Shown here piece after piece: positions 56,698 to 64,000 of a stretch of DNA of 64,000 bases. The translations under genes and the position numbers were made by a program. The notes beneath the pieces were generated by a model, which saw only the letters and a program-made list of their open reading frames with translations, had not been told where the DNA came from and did not search any database. Origin of the DNA: Candidatus Margulisiibacteriota bacterium (GTDB taxonomy: Bacteria; Margulisbacteria; Marinamargulisbacteria; JBFWNS01); NCBI GenBank assembly GCA_050250935.1, contig JBFWNS010000001.1:256001-320000 (forward strand), given 5' to 3'. The first letter of the stretch is position 1, and each line of letters begins with the position of its first letter.

Positions 56698-57470
56698 AAA
56701 AGAGACTCCTCGTAGAATTTAGCCAAGGTTGTTGTGCCGGCTTTGGAGTACAAATGGGCATAGCCTTCAACATGGGCAACCGGGATAATGCCCCCCACAG
56801 CGTTGGTTAAAAAAATCTCGTCCATATCGCCCAATTCGTCGCAGTGAATGGGCCTTGAGGTGCAGGGTAAAGGCCCCGGTGTCTTCAACAACCAATGTCG
56901 AACCGTTCCTGGCAAAATAACATCGGATTCTGGGGTAATCGCCACCCCACCTTGCAGAAACCAGAGGTTACTGACGGTTGTTTCTTGAACCCAGCCATTG
57001 GCATCCACCAACACCACATCGTCCAAGCGGGTGCGTTGTTTTTCGACAATGGGACGCAGGTATCCCAAGGTTTTGTGGGCATCGGTGGCGGTTCGAATCC
57101 AACAATCTTGGCGCAGTTCCAGCTGTTGGGGGGCCGGTTTATGGAAAGTTCTGGCCAACCCTTCTACTCTGGGTGGACCTATCTGAAGCCGGCCCTTTTC
57201 GATTCGCCGGTCGCCACCCGTCACATAGACATTCACCACCACCGTTGGGGCTGGCTCTGATGTTGACCATTGGCCCAAAGCCGACTCGAATTCAGCCAAA
57301 GACAGGGGACAGGGGATGTCCAAAAAAGCCAAAGAAGCACTCAATCGCTCGAAATGTTCGGCCAACAGTACGGGTTTTTGGTTCACCACCAAAACGGTTT
57401 CAAAACAGCCAAATCCGTATAAAAACCCAGTATCGCTCAAGGGAATTTGGGGCATGGGGGCTGCTGTCAT
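56694..57470 (-). CDS. Class IV aminotransferase (ADC lyase/PabC-like)
   Basis: DTGFLYGFGCFET, HFERL, HKT, ETTVSNLW, LPGTVR, IFLTNA. Confidence 0.88.
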   Translation of the reverse strand: MTAAPMPQIPLSDTGFLYGFGCFETVLVVNQKPVLLAEHFERLSASLAFLDIPCPLSLAEFESALGQWSTSEPAPTVVVNVYVTGGDRRIEKGRLQIGPPRVEGLARTFHKPAPQQLELRQDCWIRTATDAHKTLGYLRPIVEKQRTRLDDVVLVDANGWVQETTVSNLWFLQGGVAITPESDVILPGTVRHWLLKTPGPLPCTSRPIHCDELGDMDEIFLTNAVGGIIPVAHVEGYAHLYSKAGTTTLAKFYEESLL

Positions 57471-57601
57471 GTCCTCATCAAAACATTCTTTTTTTTGCGG
57501 CACAAGTTCTAGCCTCTTTTTTACGATTTTAAGCATTGAGATGTTGTGGCAATCGGACTACTATAAACAGTCTTAAAGAATCGACAACTTAGGAATCAAC
57601 G

Positions 57602-58885
57602 ATGGGTATCGGCATTACACCAGGTGGATTGGGCGCAAATAGTCAGGGATTAAATGTCCCCCGGGTTGCCCCTGTCGGAAAACCCCCAGAAACCGAAAAT
57701 GCCCAACGCTCGGCCATTAATGTCAGTTCAACCTCGTCTGCCCCGGCACCAGCCAGCACCCAAGCGGTTACGCAGACAGCACCGGCCACCGAAACCAAAC
57801 CCGCACAACCCACCAAACCCCAGTCCGAAGTTGTTCCCATGTCTCGGTCCGATTTGGTGGCCCATGCCATGCAACTTCAGGTTCAGACCAGTGCCACCAA
57901 TTTGCAAATTCTCGAAACCATGGTGCAACACAATTTGGCCCCTTCGAAAGAGAATTTCGACCAAGTGGCCCGGGTTTTAAAAGGGAATACCGGCATTACG
58001 GATATCGAAGCTGCGGTTGTCACCGTTGAAAAGGGATTGGGCAGCAACAACCGAAGTGCGGAATCGGTCTCTTCTTTTCTGACCAATATGGCCAAAATGA
58101 CCGAACAATTTCAAACCACACAAACCGCCCTTTCCCAACTCAAAAGCATCATTCAAAACAACCAACAACTGATCGGTTCTGGTTTGGTGGCCAGTATCTC
58201 GGCCTTGGCTGGCAGCATGGATGATGAAATTCAAAAATTGCTTAAAAAATCCTCGGATTCCGAAGATCAATTAAATTTACAAATTTTCGATCGTGGCAAA
58301 TGGGTTTCCGATCTGGAAGCCATGCGTGGGTTTATGGCCGGTCTTGAAAAAAATGTGGATAAAGCCGAATCCAACGCCGTGCCAGCCTCCCTCAAAGAAA
58401 GTCTTCAGTCGGTTCAAAAACAACTGACAGGTCTGACCAACACCTTGGTCTCGCAACTGGTTCTTTCCAAAGAAAGTCCCTTTGTAACCTTCGGTAAAGA
58501 CACCTATATGTACTGGCAAATTCCCAATCCTTTTGTGGCCAAACCCAGCAACATCGACATCCTGATCAAGCGTGACCCCAAAAAACGCAAGGGCGTGGAC
58601 CCCCAAAAAACCAAGCTGGCCATTAAGCTAGAAACCCCCGATTTGGGCGAAGTGGCCATCGTTGTCGAGCTGTCTGACCAGCGGGTGTGGTATATTTTTA
58701 ATACCGACAACGAAGAGACGCGCCAAGAAATCACCCGAATGAATGTGGATTTGAAAGAAAGAATGAAGTCGTTGAATTTGGATTTGGTTGGCTTTAAAAC
58801 CGCCTTCAAAAAATTGGATATCAAAAAAATGCTTATGCCCGTTGTGAATTTGGATTCGATTGTCCGCATCCAAGCCGAGGTCTAG
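57602..58885 (+). CDS. FliK-like hook-length control protein (YlqG-like)
   Basis: Pro/Ala/Thr-rich N-terminus; C-terminal LETPDLGEVAIVV...IFNTDNEE...LKERM domain; paired with a FlhB-C-like gene. Confidence 0.7.
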   Translation: MGIGITPGGLGANSQGLNVPRVAPVGKPPETENAQRSAINVSSTSSAPAPASTQAVTQTAPATETKPAQPTKPQSEVVPMSRSDLVAHAMQLQVQTSATNLQILETMVQHNLAPSKENFDQVARVLKGNTGITDIEAAVVTVEKGLGSNNRSAESVSSFLTNMAKMTEQFQTTQTALSQLKSIIQNNQQLIGSGLVASISALAGSMDDEIQKLLKKSSDSEDQLNLQIFDRGKWVSDLEAMRGFMAGLEKNVDKAESNAVPASLKESLQSVQKQLTGLTNTLVSQLVLSKESPFVTFGKDTYMYWQIPNPFVAKPSNIDILIKRDPKKRKGVDPQKTKLAIKLETPDLGEVAIVVELSDQRVWYIFNTDNEETRQEITRMNVDLKERMKSLNLDLVGFKTAFKKLDIKKMLMPVVNLDSIVRIQAEV

Positions 58886-58887
58886 CC

Positions 58888-59241
58888 ATGGCCAAGATTA
58901 AACCCAAGAAAATTCGGCGTTTTTTAAGTGATCTGGAACTTCCAGAACGCAGTCAACTTAAGGCCATTGCCATCAAATACGATGTCCACAAGGATCATGC
59001 GCCTAAAATTACGGCCACAGGTCGCGGGGCCATTGCCGAAGAAATCTTAAAAGTTGCCGAAGAAAATGGGATTCCCTTCTACGAAGATCCCAGTCTGGCA
59101 GCCCTTTTGGCCAAACTTGAACTGGACGTCAACATTCCCGCCGAACTTTATACCCTGGTGGCCGAGGTCTTGGCCTTTGTGTATCAGTTGGATAAATTGG
59201 CCAAAAAACGCAACGCCATTCGCAAAAAATTCGTGCGATGA
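58888..59241 (+). CDS. Stand-alone FlhB C-terminal domain protein (YlqH/FlhX-like)
   Basis: AIAIKYD...APKITATGRG..AEEI, IPAELYTLVAEVLAFVY; no TMs, no NPTH. Confidence 0.9.
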   Translation: MAKIKPKKIRRFLSDLELPERSQLKAIAIKYDVHKDHAPKITATGRGAIAEEILKVAEENGIPFYEDPSLAALLAKLELDVNIPAELYTLVAEVLAFVYQLDKLAKKRNAIRKKFVR

Positions 59242-60044
59242 GGATCGTCTTGATCCTGGCCATGATAGGCTTTTTGCTGACCTGGGGGTCCATTTCCTTT
59301 GCCCAGGAAATCAATCAACCGCCAAACCCCACTTTTGCCATCGACCCTGCCCTTAAATACACCATGCAAGGCATGCGTGGCATTCGGACAGCCTATGCCA
59401 TGAACGTTCTGTATACCACCAACACCGACGTTCCGGGTTATATCGAAACCTATACTTACGTTAGCCGCATCAAAAACAACCTTCAAATCGAGCCCTACTA
59501 CAAATGGGGTAGGGTCAGCCGTCTTCAAGAAACGAATCGGCCTTTGGACATCTATATCGATGCCGATGCCCGTGGTTTTCTTCAAATTCAATTGCCTTTT
59601 GCCATTGGTTATACCCGGGATGGGCGCATGACGCTTGGTGAAAACAACCAATTGGTCACCCTTGCGGGTCATTACCCCATTTTGGGGGAAGAGGGCTTCA
59701 TTTTCTTGCCGCCCGGCGATATTGCCATTTCAAAATCTGGGGTTATTTTTGTGAATGGAAACCGAATTGCCAAGCTCAAAATCGCGGTAATGCCCAAATC
59801 CAGCCTGGGACGGATGATCGGTATTAATGGGGTGGTTTTTATTGCCAACGGCCCCGACGATTTGGCCTTGCTTAAAGACGAAACCCTCTATGGCATTCGC
59901 CAAGGCTTTTACGAAGATTCTACCGTTATGAAAGAAGCGGCTGGGGAGAGCATGTTTAATCAACAATCCTGGATGGCCATGCTCAAAGCCGTTAAAACCC
60001 TTAACAAAACCATGCGAAGCAGTGCTCATTTGGGCAGTGAATAA
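59238..60044 (+). CDS. FlgF/FlgG-like rod paralog 1 with apparent signal peptide
   Basis: TNRPLDI, GF, YTRDG, GHYPILG, IRQGFYEDSTV; N-terminus MRIVLILAMIGFLLTWGSISFA. Confidence 0.8.
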   Translation: MRIVLILAMIGFLLTWGSISFAQEINQPPNPTFAIDPALKYTMQGMRGIRTAYAMNVLYTTNTDVPGYIETYTYVSRIKNNLQIEPYYKWGRVSRLQETNRPLDIYIDADARGFLQIQLPFAIGYTRDGRMTLGENNQLVTLAGHYPILGEEGFIFLPPGDIAISKSGVIFVNGNRIAKLKIAVMPKSSLGRMIGINGVVFIANGPDDLALLKDETLYGIRQGFYEDSTVMKEAAGESMFNQQSWMAMLKAVKTLNKTMRSSAHLGSE

Positions 60045-60049
60045 GGACC

Positions 60050-60078
60050 TTGCCAAAAAATTGACTTCCCTCTATCAT
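60050..60078 (+). promoter_or_regulatory. Sigma70-type promoter inside the flagellar cluster
   Basis: TTGCCA-N17-TATCAT. Confidence 0.6.
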
Positions 60079-60112
60079 TTTTTCACTTTGGACTTTATTC
60101 CTCTTGTCTAGG

Positions 60113-60913
60113 ATGTTTATGGGTATACGATCTTGGCTTGGGGGATTCTTTTTACTGCTGCTGGCCACCAGCGTTTATCCCCAATACGACAACAAAAATT
60201 TGCCTGTCATGGACTTTGCGTTGCGGCAGAACCTGCAAAACATGAGGGCCCAACAAACCCAGTACACCACCTTCGTGTTTTATACCATTAATATGGACAC
60301 CCCAGGCTATATCGAGCATGCGTTCTACAACGCCAGGGAAAATGGCATTATCCGTGGAAAAGCCTTCCCACGGTGGCGGGAAAGTGGGGTTAAAGAAACC
60401 AATCGACAACTCGACTTTCTGATCGACGCCGAAAGCCGGGGCTTTTTTACCATTCTTCTGCCCTATGGCATTTTGGGCTACACCCGAGATGGCCGTTTCA
60501 AATTGGGTGAAAATGGGCATTTGATTACCTTTGCAGGGGGATACCCTGTTTTGGGAGAAGAAGGAGAAATCTATTTGCCTATTGGCGACATTGCTGTTTC
60601 AAAATCTGGGGTCCTTTCGGTAAACAGCGACCGGGTTGCCAAGCTTCGTATCGCCGTCATGCCCTCTAAAACCTTGGACCGTATGGTCGAAATCAATGGT
60701 TCTGTGTTTTATTTGTCTGGCAAAGAACCTGTAGAATTGCTTGAAGGAGAGCAATATTATGCAGTTCGACAAGGGTTCCTTGAAGAATCCAACGTGTTAA
60801 AAGCGCTGAATGGTGATATTTTAATCGTTAAGCAGTCCTACGAGGCTTCGACCCGTGCTGTGAAAAGTTTGACCAAGACCATGACCTCGTCGTTCCAAAT
60901 TGGAACCCCCTAG
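60113..60913 (+). CDS. FlgF/FlgG-like rod paralog 2 with apparent signal peptide
   Basis: NMDTPGY, TNRQLDF, YTRDGRF, GYPVLG, VRQGFLEESNV, SYEA; N-terminus MFMGIRSWLGGFFLLLLATSVYP. Confidence 0.82.
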   Translation: MFMGIRSWLGGFFLLLLATSVYPQYDNKNLPVMDFALRQNLQNMRAQQTQYTTFVFYTINMDTPGYIEHAFYNARENGIIRGKAFPRWRESGVKETNRQLDFLIDAESRGFFTILLPYGILGYTRDGRFKLGENGHLITFAGGYPVLGEEGEIYLPIGDIAVSKSGVLSVNSDRVAKLRIAVMPSKTLDRMVEINGSVFYLSGKEPVELLEGEQYYAVRQGFLEESNVLKALNGDILIVKQSYEASTRAVKSLTKTMTSSFQIGTP

Positions 60914-60940
60914 ACCCCCTTATATCAAAGGAGCTCAACC

Positions 60941-61744
60941 ATGATCCATCAGTTATTTATCGCCAAGTCCGGGATGTTCGCGTTTCAACGAAAAATGCAG
61001 GTCATTACCGACAACATTGCCAATGCACAAACACCAGGGTTTAAAGGCAGCCGAACCGAAATGGAGAGTTTGTTCCCCTATATCATGGAACAAACCATTA
61101 CCGAGTTCGAAGACTCGTCGATTCCTGTGGGCGAAAAACGTAAAAAATACATGCAATACGGCCAAGGGGTTCGGGTTAACGATGTGTCCCGGGATCTTCG
61201 CCAAGGTGTTATTGAAATTACCAACCAACCCCTGGACATGGCCATCGAAGGGGTGGGCTTTTTCCAAGTTCGGATGCCCGACGGGACTTTGGCTTACACC
61301 CGTGCTGGCAACTTTAAATCAGACAATCAGGGAACCATTGTGGATCCAAACGGTCACCCACTGGAGCCCTCAGTTCGACTGCCCAACAACATGACGGACA
61401 TTGCCATCACCGACGATGGAAAAATCATGGTCTATGTGAACAACGAAGCCGTCCCTCGCGAGGCCGGACAACTGCTCTTGGCGAAATTCCAAAACCCAGC
61501 CGGCATGAAGTCTGTCGGACAAAACCTCTATGTCGAATCCCCTGCCTCCGGGGAACCCGTTTTTGAAAACCCTGGCCGGAACGACATGGGCCGCATCCGA
61601 GAACGGGCCCTGGAATTCTCCAATGTGGATATTATCGATCAGCTGACCTCGATGATTTTGACCCAGCGTTCTTTCGAGTTGATTATTAAATCGACCAGCG
61701 CGGGTGATGCGATGCTTAAAGCTGCTAGTGATATCGGCAAATAA
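60941..61744 (+). CDS. flgG: Flagellar distal rod protein FlgG
   Basis: DNIANAQTPGFK, YGQGV, TNQPLDMAIEG, YTRAGNF, GQNLY, LEFSNVD, QRSFE; AAGGAG SD. Confidence 0.92.
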   Translation: MIHQLFIAKSGMFAFQRKMQVITDNIANAQTPGFKGSRTEMESLFPYIMEQTITEFEDSSIPVGEKRKKYMQYGQGVRVNDVSRDLRQGVIEITNQPLDMAIEGVGFFQVRMPDGTLAYTRAGNFKSDNQGTIVDPNGHPLEPSVRLPNNMTDIAITDDGKIMVYVNNEAVPREAGQLLLAKFQNPAGMKSVGQNLYVESPASGEPVFENPGRNDMGRIRERALEFSNVDIIDQLTSMILTQRSFELIIKSTSAGDAMLKAASDIGK

Positions 61745-62450
61745 AGCCTGGTTATTCTTTCTGCTATGCTGGGCCAGTTGCACACCGCTTTTTGGGGTTG
61801 CTGTGCCCGATTTTCGCAGCGCGTTGGATCAGCAGTTGTTGGGACATGTTTTGGCGTCGGATTCTCGGCTTACCAGCGAGTCTGTTCGCATTCGGTATAC
61901 GCTTAGCCCCCTTCAAACCCAGCGCATTCAATCGGCGAAAACGGTAACCCTGACCCTCCCCCCAGAAGCCTCTTTGATTGGCAAAACCACCCAAACCCTT
62001 AGCCTAACTCTTGAAACCGAAACCGTGCCGCTTCCCTTGTCGATCGAAATCGACGCTTATGCCCATTTTCTGAAAGCAGCCAGAACCATTCCAGCCAGAA
62101 CCCTCATCGCCACGTCCGATGTTTATGTCGACTTTGAATCGGTTTACGGAAAACCCAAACAGACCTTCGAAAACCCAGCTCAAATTGTGGGTAAACAAAC
62201 CATTACAGTAATCCCAAAATATGCTATAGTGGCGTCGTGGTTTTTACAGGAAAAACCCCTTTTCCTTTCAGGAAAAACCATAACCGTCATCGTCAAAGGA
62301 AAACAAATTTCCATTTCACTACCTGGGATTGCCCTCAACGATGGTTTCAAAAACAAGTCCGTCAAAATCAGAACAAAAGCATACCCTGACAAACTCTTGG
62401 AAGGTGAAGTATTGGATGAAGATCATGTTCAAGTCCTTATTCGCGATTAG
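61728..62450 (+). CDS. flgA: Flagellar P-ring chaperone FlgA
   Basis: Signal peptide, SAF-like domain (AARTIPARTLI, IVGKQT), GIALNDG; located between flgG and flgH. Confidence 0.8.
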   Translation: MISANKAWLFFLLCWASCTPLFGVAVPDFRSALDQQLLGHVLASDSRLTSESVRIRYTLSPLQTQRIQSAKTVTLTLPPEASLIGKTTQTLSLTLETETVPLPLSIEIDAYAHFLKAARTIPARTLIATSDVYVDFESVYGKPKQTFENPAQIVGKQTITVIPKYAIVASWFLQEKPLFLSGKTITVIVKGKQISISLPGIALNDGFKNKSVKIRTKAYPDKLLEGEVLDEDHVQVLIRD

Positions 62451-63030
62451 TTTGGTCTTTTTTTCAGCCTCCTTCTGCCAGGCTGATTCTCTTTGGACCA
62501 CCGGCTCTACGTCGATGTTTGTGACACCCAAAAACAGCACCAAGGTTGGGGACATCATCACAATTCGCATTTCGGAAAGCACCACGGCTCTGCAAGAAGC
62601 CACCACCAAAACTCAGAAACAGTCCGAGCTGGATGCCCAATTGCTCTCTAACTGGGATCAGGTCGCCAACATTTTGGGCAGTGAATCGATTCGAAAGGGC
62701 TATGAGCTCGACATCAAAGGCAACGACTCCTACAACGGTACCGGCCAAACCTCGAGACGAAGCCGGGTGTCCGCCACCATTACAGCCATTGTGACCGAGG
62801 TTTTGGATACTGGGATTTTTTATATCGTTGGTGAACATAAGGTTAAGGTGAATGACGAAGTCGAAACCATCCGTATTTCTGGTTTTGTTCGACCCGAAGA
62901 TGTTAAGCCAGACAACAGCATTGCGTCTTCTCAAATTGCAAAAGCAGAAGTCTCCGTTATTGGGGCAGGGGTTGTTGGGTCGAAACAAACACCCGGTATT
63001 TTAACCAAAATGTTCAACTGGTTCTTTTAA
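62416..63030 (+). CDS. flgH: Flagellar L-ring protein FlgH
   Basis: ADSLW, VGDIITIRISE, GTGQTSR, ISGFVRPEDV, SSQIA, PGILTKMFNWFF. Confidence 0.92.
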   Translation: MKIMFKSLFAISLVFFSASFCQADSLWTTGSTSMFVTPKNSTKVGDIITIRISESTTALQEATTKTQKQSELDAQLLSNWDQVANILGSESIRKGYELDIKGNDSYNGTGQTSRRSRVSATITAIVTEVLDTGIFYIVGEHKVKVNDEVETIRISGFVRPEDVKPDNSIASSQIAKAEVSVIGAGVVGSKQTPGILTKMFNWFF

Positions 63031-63031
63031 C

Positions 63032-64000
63032 ATGAAAAAAACAATCGTTCTTTTTTTAATTATTGCGTTGTTAGCCCCTTCTTTTTCGCTTTTTGCCCAG
63101 GACGGAGGCCCAACGGTTCGCCTGAAAGACATCAGTCGAATTCTGGAGGCCAGAGACAATCAATTGATGGGGTTTGGATTGGTTATTGGTCTTCGGAATT
63201 CTGGAGACTCCAAAAACACGGTCTTTACCGATGCAGCTTTAACCAACATGCTCAAAAAAATTGGCTTGCCCACGGGGCCCAAAGAATTTTCTTCGCGCAA
63301 CGTCGCTGCGGTTATGGTCACTGCGACCTTGCCCCCTTTCATCAAAAAAGGACAAAAATTGTCGGTTACGGTTTCGTCTTTGGGGGATAGCACCAGCTTG
63401 GTGGGTGGCACCCTTATTATTACCCCACTCCAAGGGGTCAATGGCAAAATTTATGCGGTTGCCCAAGGAACGGTTTTGGTGGGCGGCTTGGATGGCAGCT
63501 CTCAACAAGGGCGTTTATATCGCAACGAAACCACGGTGGGACGTATCCCAGAAGGGGCCATTGTTGAAGATGTGGTGCCCGTTACCTTTACTGACCAACA
63601 CAACATTACCATTGTAATGCACAACTCGAACTTTATTACGGTTTCCCGGGCCACAAAAGCCATTCAGGATAATGGGTTTCCCGGCGCCAAGGCCATCGAC
63701 GCCAACATGATCAAAGTCCCCTTGTCCGATCTTAATTCTTCCGATTTGGTCAGTACCATTGCCAAACTTGAAAATATTGCAGTTGTTCCCGATTCTTCCT
63801 CCAAAATTGTGGTTAATTCCCGAACTGGAACCGTGGTTATTGGCGATATGGTTCGGCTTTTCCCAGTGGCTGTGACCCATGGCAACATCTCCATTCGCAT
63901 CAGCGACAGCGACAATGGGGGGTTGGCTGCCCTTCAAGGTGGGGGCGCTCAAGAACCCATTCGGGTTGATGAGCCTCAACCTAAAATTATTTTCTTGAAC
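63032..64000 (+). CDS. flgI: Flagellar P-ring protein FlgI (3' end outside the window)
   Basis: Read manually: MKKTIVLFLIIALLAPSFSLFAQDGGPTVRLKDI...RDNQLMGFGLVIGL..SGD, NVAAVMVTATLPPF, SLVGGTL, VNSRTGTVVIG. Confidence 0.95.
   Translation, partial: MKKTIVLFLIIALLAPSFSLFAQDGGPTVRLKDISRILEARDNQLMGFGLVIGLRNSGDSKNTVFTDAALTNMLKKIGLPTGPKEFSSRNVAAVMVTATLPPFIKKGQKLSVTVSSLGDSTSLVGGTLIITPLQGVNGKIYAVAQGTVLVGGLDGSSQQGRLYRNETTVGRIPEGAIVEDVVPVTFTDQHNITIVMHNSNFITVSRATKAIQDNGFPGAKAIDANMIKVPLSDLNSSDLVSTIAKLENIAVVPDSSSKIVVNSRTGTVVIGDMVRLFPVAVTHGNISIRISDSDNGGLAALQGGGAQEPIRVDEPQPKIIFLN

Noticed and set aside
57561..57590. Sigma28 promoter upstream of the fliK-like gene
   Set aside because: ATCGACAA resembles GCCGATAA, but TAAA is not at the expected 15-nt spacing; too weak to call.

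Overview
A gene-dense, mostly housekeeping chromosomal window from a flagellated diderm bacterium (MsbA, two GT9s, FlgH/FlgI). Several genes look Terrabacteria-like (alpha/beta lysC, thrC, comEA, ylqG/ylqH-like pair); a Margulisbacteria-type lineage is a guess, not verified. In order: partial degenerate PlsY-like gene, lysC, mscS, a moxR-DUF58-bat operon ending in a PorV-like beta-barrel, a PQQ/FG-GAP propeller protein, comEA, a highly structured small-ORF/ncRNA element, ctaA, dnaE, topB, an AT-rich AAA_14/DUF4143 gene with tandem palindromes, thrC, recJ-like, ftsK, a GT-C-like membrane protein, a malic enzyme/CP-ATP-grasp/alpha-E/transglutaminase/uvrA operon, a nuclease-less AddA-like helicase, msbA plus GT9, a hairpin/REP-like cluster next to tRNA-Leu(CAA), nusA-infB-rbfA-nrnA-truB-ribF, moaD-like/moeZ, DUF3047, cobA-hemD, GT4, GT9, psd, methyltransferase-TPR, a class IV aminotransferase and a flagellar cluster (fliK-like, flhB-C-like, two flgF-like, flgG, flgA, flgH, partial flgI). 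I saw no CRISPR array, integrase or transposase. Most unusual: (1) two tandem FlgF-like rod paralogs with apparent Sec signal peptides and a decayed type III export/D0 motif; (2) NusA with a C-terminal IF2_N-like domain, directly abutting infB in frame; (3) a tandem 64-nt repeat with four compensatory base-pair changes next to tRNA-Leu; (4) a multi-conformation RNA with a 33-codon hydrophobic ORF upstream of comEA. All family calls come from motif recognition by eye, without database searches.
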